A DNA stretch of 64,000 nt from Hydrolagus colliei. Lineage: Eukaryota. Below, piece by piece: positions 49,679-63,652 of the stretch; position 1 is the first letter of the stretch, and each line of letters opens with the position of its first letter. The notes beneath the pieces are model-generated. The model had not been told where the DNA came from and ran no database searches. It worked only from the letters and a program-made list of their open reading frames with translations. The stretch lies in contig CM068743.1 in the NCBI GenBank assembly GCA_035084275.1, positions 117,304,001-117,368,000 of the forward strand, read 5' to 3'. Position numbers and translations under genes: made by a program.

Positions 49679-51216
49679 AGGAGGGAATTAGAAAAGGGGA
49701 GAGGGGGATCAAGGCAGAGGGATTGAGCAATAGTGTTGCAGAGTTTTGGGTCACAGTAGCTGAAAGCGTGATTTCCAATTGTGGAGTGGAAGGTGTGAGG
49801 TGCAAGGAGGAGGCAAGTCAAGCAGAGATGCCGGGTGGTGGATTGGGGAGTGAAGAGATTGAAGAGATAGGGAGGTTCCAGGGAATAAAGGGATTTGAAC
49901 ATGATTGAGGCTCTTGAAGTCGATCCGTTCAGTGATGGAGAGCCAGTAGAGCCGGGCCAGAACTGGTGAGGTGGATGTACAGCATTTGGTCCGGTTTAGT
50001 ATGCAGGTAGCACTGATCTGAATAAGATGAAGGTTTTTAATAGTGGAGCTAGAGAGATCGTCGAGGAGTACATTTGAGTAATCCAGGTAGGGGGTGACAA
50101 ACATACGAACAAGGGTTTAAGCTGGAATTGGGGTAAGGTAAAGTTGGAGGCGGGCAATTTAGTGGAGGGGGAGGAATTTGGTGGAGAGTACTGGTCAGGG
50201 ACACCTGATGGAGGAAGGAGAGCTGGTAGGGGGGTGGTCAAACCAGATGCCTGGATTGGTGAGTCTGAGGGAGACCCCAGGGAAGTTGAGGAGTTCAGAT
50301 CCACAAAAGTGAAGATATTGATGGGAGCCATGGAGTATGGCTTCTGTCTTGTCCACATTCAACTGCAGGAAGTTTGCACTCATTGAGACCCTGACAAGCT
50401 GATAGAAAGTCAGCAGACCTGGAGTCAATACTGGAGGTAGTAAAGTAGATTTGTGTGTCATTTGGATACATGTGGAAGTTAAGTCTGTAGATAATATCAC
50501 TAATAGGGAGCATATAGATGAGGAAAAGACCAGTTAGGGGTGGGAGGAGAAACCATTTGCCGGATGAAGTGTGGACAGTTGGTTAAGTCGGACTCAAACC
50601 ATGTGAGTTTGATCACAGAGAGAGAGGATGTCATTTGTAACTTTGATAAGCTCTGTCTCTGTGCTGTAGGGAGGGTGGAAACCAGACTGTGCGGGCTTGA
50701 GGACAGAGTGGAGGGAGAGATATGATCAAAGTTGATTCAACAATGCATTCCAGAACTTTTGCAAGGAATGGGTTGGAAATGGGAGTCCTTTCAGAGATTA
50801 GAAGGATCAAGGGAGGGATTTGTAAGGAGGATGTGATAACAGTATTTTTCAGGGGGAGTGGAGAAGAGCCTGAGTAGAGTGAATGATTAACCGTGCTGGC
50901 TAGCAGGAGGCAGAGGAGGGTGGAGTTGAGTGACCAGCAGCTGGTTGGGGAAAGAGTCGAGGCAGCATGTGGTGAACTTCATTTGGGTGATTATGGTTAA
51001 GAGGGAAGAGAGAAAAACAGGGGCAAAGGAGTGGGGAGTGGCAGGAGTCATGGCAGAGGGAAAAAACAATATGAACGATCTAGATTGGGTGGAAGGCAAC
51101 ATGGTGGTGGGTGGTTGGGGAAGGATGATGCAGCCAAGCAGATGCTTTAATCTTTGAGGCAAGGAAGTCTAGGACTTCTTCGTACTTGGCATTTTATGTG
51201 AGGATAGAGGGAGCTT

Positions 51217-51250
51217 GGGGTGGGGGGTGGGGGGTGGGGGGGGGGGGGTG
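51217..51250 (+). repeat. G-rich run (G-quadruplex-capable)
   Basis: Four G tracts separated by single T, inside the L2. Confidence 0.6.
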
Positions 51251-54169
51251 CATGGAGGAGGTGCATGGAGGAGGTATGGACAATGGAAAACAGTGTCTTT
51301 GGGTTGTTTTCGGACTTGAGGATGACTTTTGAGTAAAAGTCCATTTTTGTTGTGTAAGGGAACGGCAGTAGGTGCAGAGGTGCTCAAGCCACAGATGGTG
51401 GTGAATTGCAAGGCTGGATTTCTGCCATCTGTGCTCGATCATCTGATTTTAGGTTTTAAGTGACCAGAGATAACTGTTGCACCAGGGGGAGTGAGTGGAT
51501 TTGGAAACAGCCCTGGATTTCAGGGGAGACAGGCATTCAGCAACTTGATGGCTGCATCAGGATCGGTGCGGGTGGATGGCAAGAGGGTGAGGAGGTCCGA
51601 GGAACAGAGGGCATCAGGGGGAAGCTTTTTCCAGGGGTGGAAAAGAATAGTGGATGGCCTGGTAGAGGTCAGGGGGATGCAGGAGGAGGGTAAGATGAGT
51701 AAGTGGCCTTGTCCATGATGGACAGGTCGGAAATGTCAAGGCATGTGTGATTACGCAGTCGCAGGGGTGGCCACAGTTGTAGGTTGACGAATTGATGTGG
51801 TGATGTTTAAGGAGGAGAGGAGGGCAGTGAAGGCCAAGGAGGTGATGCAAGGGCAGTTAAGTTGTAGATTGAAATCATTCATTATGAGCAGGTGTTCAGT
51901 ACAGAGACACATGAGAGGAGAGAGGAGAAATCAGTGAGGAAGCAGTAAACCAGGAGAATTTTGAGAGAGAGAGAGGAGGGATGATATAGGGTGAGGAGCT
52001 CAAAGGAGGAGAAACAACCAGAGCAATAGGAGGATAGACCAAGGGAAGCTTGGGAGAAGAGGGCCACCCTGCAGCCATGTTGGTTGGGGCGGGAAAGAAA
52101 GTGAAACGTAACCACGGAGTAGGCTTCAACGAGGGGGACGGAGCCACCTGTGCAGAGCTAGGCTTCCATAAGGCCAAAATTATCGATGTGCCCATCCAGA
52201 ATGAGGTAATGGACAGTAAAAGCTTTATTGTAGAGGGAGCAGACATTTTGGAAGGAAATGGGGATAGGTTTGCTGGTGGGGGGAATGGAGGAGAGAGTAG
52301 TATAAAAGGGATTTGGGGTCAGAGACGAGAAATGACCATGGAGTTTGAGAAGCAGGGAGCATTGGAGAGTGTATGGATGAGGGAGGGAGAAGGGTATGTG
52401 TACACCACCTACACATGCAAATTTCCTTGTGTCTCGATTGGAATGTACACTTTATCCCTGGAAGGACACATGCTGCTTACCTAATTCCATGATTTCTAGG
52501 GACACATTTGCAAAAGTAAGATTCGGGGATCCAGAATGTGTGAAAGGGTGATGTTGAATTTTAATTATCTTAAGATAAGAGCATTGCCAAGCAAGCCTCT
52601 ATCTGAGAGTACAGCTAGGACAATCCATACTCCCAGTGACTGGCCTGACCCCTCCACGTCCTGTCAATGAGCCAGATTTGCTGATCGTTTTAAATGCCAT
52701 CGTTTAAATGGCATTAACAGCAAATCTGAAAGGCATTAGATGTATTATGAATGCTCACATATTCCATTAATTCTTACAGATTGTTCATGATAACGAACAC
52801 CAACAAGCTCCTTCTCCCCATGGTACAGTTATCAGATCTGCATTCAATTTCACAGAGATCGGTGTTTTGCTGTAACTAAAACAAGAGCACCAATTTACCA
52901 CAATCAATATCCTGTGAAGCTGGTCTTTCCTCAGACTGACTGACGACTTGGGATTCACGCTTCAATGTTCGCAACTCTCAGTGCAAATAATGCAACACTC
53001 GCAAACCAGAAGTTGCAATTAACGCCACAAAATGCGGATGTCACATTTCAGACACAGTGGTTTGGTGAGGAGCATTTGAAGTGATCAGATCTTTCAGATA
53101 CAAGTATGGAATGTAATATCCCACTGAGAACTAAAAGATCTCCCACTCCACAGTGCTAGTGTGCCTGAGTTACAAGCAGCCCTGGGACTGCAACCCGATT
53201 CCATCTGGGTGGGAATTAGGTGCTGAACTGCCTGCACTACCAGGTCATCCTATTGTCTGCCTGCTCATGTGCAATAATGGCATTGACATCGTCAGATGCT
53301 CACTCATGTAAGGGATTCCTGGAAGAATGTGAAGGAAACATCTGCTGATGTGTAGCATGTTATCCACAAGGACAGAAACTGGGCTCATGAACAAATTTGA
53401 ATTTAAGTCCTAACCTTGGGATTAATCGTAAGAGGGGAGAAGTGAGGTGAGCACAAGGTAGGTGAATGTCCGTAGGAAGGTAGGCAACAATTAGAGAGAT
53501 AGTCAATCAGACAGCACTTCTCACATGCTCTTCTGGTGGCAGAAAAGGGCATTGGGCAACATCCAGAGAGCAAGATTTGCCAACTCTTGGTTTGTGACCA
53601 AGTAGAAGCTAAGAATTTAACAAGGTTACATAATAGTGATGAAAAAAAGAGAGACCAAATAAACAGTTCAGACTCTCAATGACCTGGTGAGTAAAAGCAC
53701 ATCACCCAATATCAATACGTTGAGCAGCCAAGTACAGTAATTGGAATGTAAACTTTGATTTGGACAAACAAGAAAACTTCATATTTCTTTGAAAATGTGA
53801 CAGTAGAGTGCATTCCTATATATGTTCACATGAATCAAACATAGACAGCTAAATTAAAATAAGACACTCAATAGGCAGTGTTGGCACTCTCTCCTACACC
53901 TATCAAGATGGTTTCTGGATTTCGTTTCATGCATAACTAGTAATGACATTACATACATTACATTGTATATGTGGTCTAATATGTACATTAAAAGTACAAT
54001 TTCATTGTGTACCTGAATGTGTTGGTGCTCTCCTCGAGACTGCCCTCAATGTGATTTCTACAAAGCTGGTTTACAACCTCCAGCCTGATGAATTTCACCA
54101 TTTGACTGCAGTTTTGCAAGTTCCTTACATTTGCTATAACACCCTTCAGACCTAGAGGCCATCTCAAAA

Positions 54170-54625
54170 TTACTATGTGTAATGACACTGTATCTTGTAG
54201 GAGCACGTGGCAGCCCATTTTGCCCACAGCAAAGTCCTACAAACAGCCATGGAGTGAATGACAAATTTTATTTGGGGACATTTTTGGCCCAAACACCGAA
54301 GAAACTCCATTGTTTTTTCAAACATTGCCATGGGATATTTACAATCCACCCGAACAGATAGATATGACCTCATTCTGAAGGATGGTGCCTCCAGCAAAGC
54401 AGTGTTCCCCAAGGTTATCTATTACATAAGCTTTCTTTGTAAATGAAGCTTCAATTGCCTTGCTGTACCACACACTGAATAGGTAGGACCAGGTCACATC
54501 TGTAGGATAATTGGTAGGTGACTGGAAATGTTCATTACATGAACTCGAAGTCTTAACATAGGTCCATAAACCCACAACCTTCTGACTCCTAGAGACAAGA
54601 ATGTTACTGACTGAGCCAGGTTGGC
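54170..54625 (-). mobile_element. Older Deu-domain SINE fragments (SacSINE1-like)
   Basis: GGCAGCCCATTTTGCCCACAGC core and head CCCACAACCTTCTGACTC. Confidence 0.6.
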
Positions 54626-56019
54626 ACCATAGGGTAGTTACCTCATATGACTGATAATATTCAGAGAGACAAATAACATTGTAAAGGGAAGCCAATATTC
54701 TACAATTTACATAAAAGGTGTATACTCACATTAGTTGTGAATTATCGGTTGATTCACAGTAAAACTGACAATCCAAATAGCATATGATTATTGATGCCAA
54801 ATCCATCTAGCTGTGAAGCGACATGATTTCAAACAGACTGGTGTGAATGGTCCGATTTGAATTTCCACTGACCTGTCAGCAGAATGAATGCCCGTAGCCG
54901 GCAAACACGGGAAACAACGTTTGCCTACAAATAAACAGTCACTACACTTGAAAAGCAATCCATGTGAAAGAAATGTCGATGTTTCAGGTGCTATATCGAA
55001 TGTTCTATGGTTCGATAAAAAGGAATTAGCAAGTGGGGTATGATGAAAGGACAGGTAAATGAAGCTGAAACGATTGCACTTAAAAGAGCCAGAATTGATA
55101 CATGGACCAAACAGTCATCTTCTGTGCAGTACATTCATATGGTTCTACTGTTCTAAACGCAAAGATTATTATTTTATTTATTTAATAAATGTTTGTTTGA
55201 TCTGAATGACAACTGGAAACATCAAGGTATTTCTCTACTGTTACTTGCTGAACAAAGTGAATCTTCAATGTGGAACTCAGGAACTTCCCTTAGATTACTC
55301 GCGTTGCATAATTAGCAGAGATTTAAATGTGAAGGTGGTGTAACTGCTATGATTTGACATTATATAATGTGTCATGGCACTGGTTAAGGAGAAACACTCT
55401 GTTCTCTTTATTAGCACCTATCAGGTTATTTTAGTGTAACAATCATCATAGGATCATACAATCTGTGGGCTCAATGCAGTTTGTTGTAATAATTGCAAGT
55501 GAAGCATAGCATATCCCTTTCTCTTTTCAAATAATGCCATGGCATCTTTAATGTCCATCTGAATGAGTCTCATCCAAAGGATGGCACTTCCTATAATGTG
55601 AGGTAACTTTAATACTGCATTGTAGTGTCACCCTAGATTGCAAGTTAAAATTCCCGTTTTAGAGTAGAGTATTCCTCATTGTGTACAAATGTACCTCATA
55701 CAGGCTTCATTTGATTATGGTAGGAAATTCCACTAAATAATAATAATTAACTTTGCATTTGCCTTATCACGTCTTCTGGACATCTCAAAGTTCTTCACAG
55801 AATATACTGTAAGATGTAGTGACGTATATGTTGTGGGTGAAATGCAGCGGCCAATTGCACACAGCTGTGCCCCACAAATAGTTGTTGGTTGTGTGACCAA
55901 ATCATCTTTTGTTGGTGAGGTAGGGAATCATGTGAAAACGTGAAGCAGAAATTGTGAGTAATTATTGGCTCGACCACAGAAAAATTAAATAAATGATAAC
56001 ACAATCACTGGAAAGAGAA

Positions 56020-56400
56020 AGACAGGGCTCACAGGGCCCCGCCTCCAAACACAGGGCTTGCCCCCAACACAAGGCCCCGCCCCCCCAACCTCACAGCCCC
56101 ATCCCCAAACACAGAGCCCACCCACAAATATACAGTCAATTCACTTTACAGTATATTCTGTGAAGCACTTTTAGACATTTAGAAGGTGTGAAAAGCACAA
56201 TATCAAATGCAAGGATTATTATCATAACACGGGGCCATGCCCAAACACAGAGCTTGTCCACAGCACTAAATCCTGTCCCCAGCCACAGAGCCCTGACCTT
56301 CAGCACAGAACACCGCCCCCTCCCTCACAGCCCTACCCAGAACATAGAGAGCCCCACTCCCAGCAGAGCCCTGCCACAGCGTCCCTGCCCCCAACACAGG
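56020..56400. repeat. Degenerate C-rich minisatellite (CACAGRGCCCC-like) interrupted by a SINE 3' fragment at ~56120-56225
   Basis: Repeated ACACAG(G/A)GCCC...CCCC units on both sides of the SINE piece. Confidence 0.6.
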
Positions 56401-57277
56401 CTGACAAAACCTTGGTTTAATGTCTCACTTGATGGATTTTACCGGTAACAACTAAGCATCCTCCAATACCGTTTTGGAATGTCAGCTAGATAATGTGAGT
56501 TCAATTCCCATCGTCAGGCATGAACCTACAACTTGCTGACTAAGACAACAACAAGTTGCACTTATATAGTGCCCTCCATGCAGGGCAGCATCTCAGAGAG
56601 CGTAAAGATGTGAAACTGAGGCAGGCTGAAGCAAGATACCTAAGCAGTGTTCATTATTGGTGCATTTCTCTATTGGCTCTAATGATAAGACATCCCTTTC
56701 AAACATGGTCACCTGGGTCCAAAGTATTACGTCCACGTTAAAAGTAAGCAGGATGAAATGGTTAACAGATCACTGGCGATGTCACTGTCTGCATGTTGGG
56801 TGCCTTATAATGATGGGATTTATATTTATATTTCATGTCAGGCTGACATCTCAAAATGCTTGACACTTCCTGCATATTTAGGATGTAATTCTAGCAGACA
56901 ATGTAGAAATTGGCCATTGTCTTTCAATGGTGGGATTTGGATAACTCAATTTCAATTTTGAAGTAATAATGATTACAATACTTATATTTGATATAGAGCC
57001 TTTGGCATCTGAAGGATGCATATCATGCTTTACATGGATTAGTGACCATATATTGCAGCCAAATGCAGCAGGCATTTTGCTCACACCAATGTTCCGCAAA
57101 TAGCCATCAATTTTATTTTATTTGAGGGATTATTGGCTAGGACACTGGGAGAAATATCCTTTCCTTTTCAAATAATGCCATTGGATCTTTAACATCCACA
57201 TAAGCAAGCATGGAAAATCTAGATTTAAAATACAATACTGTACATATATTACAGTTTGGATCTATATTCAGATATAT

Positions 57278-57829
57278 GCAGATCATCCAAAACTCTGCAG
57301 CCCATGTACTATCCCGCACCCGCACCCGCCTCCGCGACCACATAACCCCCACCCTCGCCCGTCTTCATTGGCTCCCCATCCCCCAGAGGATCGAGTTCAA
57401 GATCCTCGTCCTCACCTTCAAGGCCTTACACGGCCTTGCCCCGCCCTATCTTTCCGACCTACTCTCCCCCTACAAGCCCACCCGGACCCTCCGTTCAGCA
57501 GGACTTGGCTTGCTCCAAGCCCCCCCGCCCGAACCACCCCACCATCGGAGGCCGGGCCTTCAGTTTTTCCACTCCCACCCTTTGGAACTCCATCCCCCAA
57601 TCCCTCCACCTTGTTTCCTCCCTTTCCTCTTTCAAGGCCGATTTGAAGACTTTCCTTTTCGACCGTGCCTTCTGTTCCCCCCCTAATTCTTCGACCTCCC
57701 CTACGTTTCTTACCCCCTCCCGAACACTCCCCTCCCAGCTCGGGTCACACGCCTCCTGTGCAGCACCTTGGGACATCCTCCCGACGTGAAAGGTGCTCTA
57801 TAAGTGCAATTTGTTGTTGTTGTTGTTGT
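57278..57829 (+). mobile_element. Young L2 LINE 3' fragment
   Basis: QIIQNSAAHVL..DHITPTLARLHWLPIPQRIEFKILVLTFKALHGLAPPYLSDLL; CpG-rich; (TTG)n tail. Confidence 0.95.
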
Positions 57830-58181
57830 ATAGATTTATATATTAATTATATCCAAGCAAGGGGTGGGAGCCAAGGGGGATGGAGAGAGAAAAATTGATG
57901 AGTGAAGGGAAGGAAGGAATGGGGGGGATTTAAGGTTTCACTCAAACAATAAGGCACTTCCCTTTCACTGAACTAGAGTATTAACCTGGACTGTAAGTTC
58001 AAAGTCTGGATGTGGTGCCTTGAACCCACAACCTTCTGACTTAGTGGTAGGAATGCTTTCAGCTGAGCCAGGCTGACATTGGCACATGTGATAAGGAGCG
58101 AGGATATTTTTGTTTTTTTAAAAAAAAACAGCTGCTTGATCCAGATCCAGAAAAAATTCAAAAACATGAAAGAGACACAAA

Positions 58182-58263
58182 GGCAAAATTTGCTGTGTTT
58201 CTTAACCCATTCCTTGTGTTAATTAGCAGAACGAATGGGTTAAGAAACTATGCAAATATGGCC
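58182..58263. repeat. Short fold-back element (family C)
   Basis: Perfect 16-bp arms 58197-58212 / 58233-58248, extending imperfectly outward; related hairpins at 48616, 52673 and 63806. Confidence 0.8.
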
Positions 58264-59264
58264 CCAAAAGAAAAAAAGAGGAAGGAATAAAATAAAAACT
58301 GAAAACTGAAACATTAATTTTCTTTGTTTTGTTTTTTCATTGATCCTTGGCTAATTGTTTAGCTTGAGTGGACACTGATTCCAAATCCAGAGACAGGAGA
58401 TAAGACAAAGGCTGACAATGTCATCCGCACGCCTCCCATGAGTTCTTGCTGTGCATTTACATGCCGCTCTTTGCTGCCTCTTCACAGTGGTAAGGGCACG
58501 TCTCTCCTCCTAGCCTCCACCATCTGCTTCATTTTCCTGTGAGAATTTGTTTTTTTTCCCCCCCGTCTCCAAGAAAATTGTTCACAACAACAAACTGAGA
58601 AGATGTTTCTATCAACAGCAACTAGATTACTGTCCCACTTTTTTGGCAGCTTTCACCTGCCATTGTGTTAGGAAGCAAGCATTGAGGGGCAAAAATATTG
58701 GTTAAAGGTAAGGCAGGATAGTGTGATTTTAATGGAAAGAATTACCAAATATTTCCTGGAATTATGGAATGTTACCATATAAAAATAGGCCAGTCAGTCC
58801 ATGAAGTCTGTACTTGTACTAATCTCTACGTGGACCATCCAGTTGTATCCCATTCTCCTTATCTTTTTGATTTTTCTCTTTTTCAAGCTTCTATCAAGTT
58901 CCCTTTGAAAATAATTTGTGGACACAAATATACAGTCAATTCACTTTACAGTATATTCTGTGAAACGCTTTGAGACATCTAGAAGACGCGCAAAGCACTA
59001 TATCAAATGGAAGGATTATTATTATTATAGGCAATTGTCTGTGACAGATAATTTCATGATCCCTCCAAAATATAATGAGAATGATTTGGTCACAACTGTT
59101 TATGGTACACATATTTACCCACAAAATATACAATCAATTCATTTTGCAGTATATCCTGTGAAGCACTTTGAGATGTGATAAGGCGCTATATCAAAATACA
59201 AGGATTATTATGATCCAACCAGCCTCCGTGTAAAGAATTTTTTTACTGACCATTTGTTTAACCA

Positions 59265-59680
59265 TTTGTCAGTCGGGTCATAGCCTTCTCACCTCTCACA
59301 GTCAGAAGATCGTGGGTTCCATCTCCAGTCAGAACATGAAACTCATACAGTGTAAACTGACACTGAATGCAAGGGTGTGGTGCATTATTGGAGTTGCCAT
59401 CCTCTGGATGAGACATTAAACTGAGGCTCTGTTTGGCTGCCAAGTGGACGTTAAAGATTCCCAGGCACTACTACCAGTGTCCCAGCCAACAATGCCCCAA
59501 GTAAAATTGTTCATTCTTTTCATGGCTGTTTGTAGCCCATTGCCTTGTGCAAATTGGCTGCCGCATTCACCTATAAATACACAGTACAGTACAGTATTTA
59601 CTTTACAGTATATCCGTTGAACGACTTTGAGACCCTTCCTGACATGAAAGATGCTATATCAAATGCAAGGGTTGTTATTT
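59265..59680 (+). mobile_element. Older Deu-domain SINE (SacSINE1-like), near full length
   Basis: Head GTCAGAAGATCGTGGGTTC, GGATGAGACATTAAACTGAGG, TGTGCAAATTGGCTGCCGC core, L2-like 3' end. Confidence 0.8.
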
Positions 59681-62600
59681 ATTTTCATTTTGCAATTTAG
59701 GATAGAAAAGGCAACAAAACAGATTCAAAGTGGCACATTTAATCCATCTCAAAACTCCATGTTTTAGTTTCATAAAAACTGCCATTGCAACTGAAGATCT
59801 CCCAGATTTCAATATTTTTCCTTCAATTCTTAAATCCAGATCATTTTTGCTCAACTAAATAAGAGAAGCTGAACATAGACATTAATGCAATTCCACGCTC
59901 TACATCCTCCCAGTTTGATTAACTTTGTTTACCTCTACTCTTTGAAAGAATTCCAACAATATCTCATCATTGCAGCCAAATTTCCCTGAATTTCATGTGC
60001 TTAAGGGTTAAAATCATTGATGTATCACTTAAAACAAGTCTACTACACTTTCGAACCAGGTTATTAATATTAAATCGGTCGAGTTTTATGACGTCAATGT
60101 TTAAATTGGCCCTAGCCCTAACCTAATGGGGGTTGATTTTTGATGTATGTTTCTTACATAATATACTTCATCAAAATGCTTTTTGAAAATCCATAAATAA
60201 AACACATCCACTGCACAAACTTTACCTCTTTGTTATTTATTTTAAATACCTATAAGACAGTTCCCGCATGTTTTAGAAAGTTTTAGAAGTTTATGCTACT
60301 GGTTTGCTTTCAAAACCAAAAAATAATATATGTTTATAAAACAAAGAATAATATATGCTTTAATATTATTTTTAACAGCTCTTGCAGAAAAAATATCTAA
60401 GTGATGGAGTACAAACAGCACTCAATCAATTCCACATACCATATTAGGTTTTAGTTTTAAGACCATTGGCTTAATGGTTAAAATCATGAAGATTTTTTGA
60501 CAATTCACAAACTCATTCCTGGTTTGGAATAAAACTAAATTGAAAAATTGTTCAAATGATAATTTACACCTTAAATTAGGTGCAATTGCAGGCCAGGTAT
60601 GCACAGGTAGAATGGTGATTCAATTTGTTGAGAGACAACATTGCATTCTGAGTACTAGGACACTAGATCAATTTCTGAGTTCTTGAGCATTATGTTGTTA
60701 CAGTTTAAATGGAGATTTCTTGAATGTGGTGCTGGACTGCATCTTTGCATAGCAAAGAAACTAAAGGACTTCACAGGCATTTCAGCAGACCCTTGGGCTT
60801 GTGTGAAATCACTCTCCAAGACTCTCAGCAAGTCTGAGAGGCTTGGAGGCCTCAGCAGCGTCTGCTGCCTGCAGTGCTCCCGGCAGGAGCTGCCAATCAA
60901 AGAGGAGATTCCTGCAACAAATTGCCTGGGGAGCTTCCAGCACTTCAGCAGATACCTTAGACCAGATGGAAGATTGGACACAAGATATTGACTCTACCAA
61001 TATTATTGGACTGTAATTCCTATAGGGAATAAATGATCTGAGATTATCAGTACTGGTACTGTTATTTTTCTGCACTCCATTTTTGTTAGCATTGTTAGAG
61101 CTGGACTCTCCCCATTATTTCTAACATTTCTCTACGCATCTGTCCTTTTATTTTTAAGGACAATGTGGGATTTAGTTTGTGCAATTTCTTTACAGGATTT
61201 CTTAGTAAGGAAGCAAGCCACACAAAAAAGGAAATGCTTCCTGTCAGCTGAAGTACACTATATTACAACAACACAAAAGTTATCTTTTACTAAAGTAGTA
61301 AGTTCTATCATTAAGAAGTACTGTATCACAAATTGGATCTATATCAATTAAAGCTTTCTCTAATCTGCCTACATATTGTGTGGTCCTCTCATATGCTAAT
61401 ATTTTGCAGTCTTGTAGTTTCATGGTCAAAGCATTCACCGCACCAGCGAGAGGACCTCGGTTGAATTCCTGGGCAGGAGGAAACGTTGGGCAAGTTTCCT
61501 TATTCAACACACACCTCTATTTACCTAGCAGTAGGTATGAACCTAGACTGTGTGTGTATCAAAGCTACTTCCCTTGCATTTGGATAATGGACTTGCCCAC
61601 TAAAAACTCATCGTGCTTCCCCGTTACCACATGAAAATGAAAATGTGCTTCACCATGTGGGCATTGAACCATTCTCCATTTGAATGCCACAATCCAGAAT
61701 GTTAACTGCTTTTACAAGTGTGAACTTTGGATTATTGGCTGCTGTGATTTTTAAAGCACTAATGAAATTGAATTTCTCACAAAAGGCAGTTCCAAATGTT
61801 GGCCACTGATACAATGTCATTAGCGGGCCTTAGAAAATGCTGTTAAAATTGACTTAATGACACTTTTTAATGAACAGAGTACTGGGCCCACAGTCTAAAC
61901 ATGTTTGTACCACAATTCAGCTCACTGTGTTGCTCATTGTGATAGAATTAAACTTTACAAACAAGCCAGTGGGGACAAAGTTGTCCATTTCCAGACATCG
62001 CAGCTTACAGAAGCAGTGACAGCTATCAGAGCTTTATGTTCATTGAATAAAACAATCTTGCAGTCCCAAAAGACATTAAGAGAGGCCTTAGAGGATTTTC
62101 CAAGCTACAGTATAAATTCGTGCATTCAATTTCTCAACCAAGCCATCTGGGATAGTCTGCAGCAGGTTACTGCACCTACAACTTGCACCATAGAATCATC
62201 AGGTTCAATTTTTGTTTTTCTCTAAAGGAATATAAAAAGGCTGTATAATCTATAGCCGTATGGACACTCTCTTGAATGGATGGCTTCTCAATAGTCTTTT
62301 GACATGAGATAAAGGATGTTATTGAATCAGCAGTTTCAATATCAGTGGATTTGTTTTCAATGAACCATGATACTCTGCGCTAGCTATGCTCACCTAACTT
62401 AGTGCAATTCTCTGCCATATTTGATATACTTTGTGAAAATGTTAAATCTAAGTTCACTTTGCAGATCTGTTTATTTCCTATCTTAAGAAGCACTGATATT
62501 ATGTTGTAAATTATCATGATATTAGAGACAATGCACTTTTGATTCCTTACCAGAATCAAATATCACATGTTTTGAATGTGTTCGGAAATATATTACCAAC

Positions 62601-63354
62601 ATAGGATGGCCATTCACCTGATTAGGTGATGCACTATCTTGGCTCACTAAGAAACCCGAGGATTTGTTTTTGTCTGCATATCTGTCTGTTTGTAAAGGGA
62701 AGCAAATCATTGCTCTTAAACCTGTATCTTATCTAGTTGAGAATTAAAAATGTATTTTCATGTTAAGGTTCTATATTTTTAAACAGTAAAATGCCAAACA
62801 CATTCCAATGTGTTGCAGAGAAACAGATTGTATATTTGTTATTTATAGTATTGGATCGCTTAGATTCAAGCAAACATAATTAGTCATGTATCAAAACCTT
62901 TTAAATATTTGAGCTAGTTAATCTGTTTTAAAGTTAAAGCAGTGATGACAAACATACTGGCATACTTACATTTAACAAAACATATACATTTAACAAAGAC
63001 AGAATTGCCATGTGCAGTCCTTGTGGAAAAATAGTGGTCAATATATTCATTGTAAACCAGTCTGTCAACTTCAGTTCTTCACTTGAACTTGTGTTGGTGT
63101 AATCAATGTCCCCTAAGAGCTGGGGATCTAGTGTTGAGTTACCTAACACTTACCCAATACTTAACGAAGTGTTGCAAAGTTACATCTGTGGAGAGAAATT
63201 ACAAATTGGTCTAGATTCATGAATAATTTGAAAGAAGCTTAAGAAGTTTGTAAGCACTTATTTAAACATTAGTATTAAATTATAGCCTTTATTGCTGCCA
63301 GGGATCTGATACATTTCATCATATATACTTTTCAATTTTCCTTTTGGATTTAAT

Positions 63355-63652
63355 TATAAATAATCCTTGCATTTGACACAGCATTTTTCACATCTTCTGG
63401 ACGTCTCAAAGCACTTACAGAATATACTGTAAAGTGAATTGACTGTATATATGTGGGCAAAATGCGGCAGCCAATTGGACACAGAAGTGTCCCACAAATA
63501 GTCATGGATTGAATTAACCAAATGTTTTTGAGAGAGATTATTATTAGACATGTGGAGCAAGGAAACTTGTCAAAGTTTTCGCTCTGCTCAGATTGAACCC
63601 AGGTTACTCTCTTGCATTGCGAGTGCTCTAAGCACTGAGCTACAGGACTCCA
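63355..63652 (-). mobile_element. tRNA-headed Deu-domain SINE, full length
   Basis: Reverse complement of the 845-1140 family ending ACTGAGCTACAGGACTCC. Confidence 0.85.

Larger units (their letters stand above)
48833..52330 (-). mobile_element. Long degenerate L2 LINE (endonuclease to 3' tail), interrupted at 48983-49678
   Basis: Frameshifted RT motifs (FHMYPNDTQIY, NFLQLNVDKTEAI, LDYSNVLL, LARLYWL) and APE-like N-terminal sequence near 52000-52250; (CAA)n tail at 48833. Confidence 0.85.

Noticed and set aside
49399-52484. Many 70-170 aa ORFs on both strands
   Set aside because: Frameshifted sense pieces or antisense shadows of the L2 and Tigger-like elements.
58380-58530. Possible PDE1C terminal exon on the minus strand
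   Set aside because: Acceptor lacks a polypyrimidine tract and no frame resembles PDE1C C-termini I know.
60655-60981. Kinase subdomain XI-like words (LLKCW...RPPSLSDLL)
   Set aside because: Spacing between CW and RP is far too long and no other kinase motifs are present.
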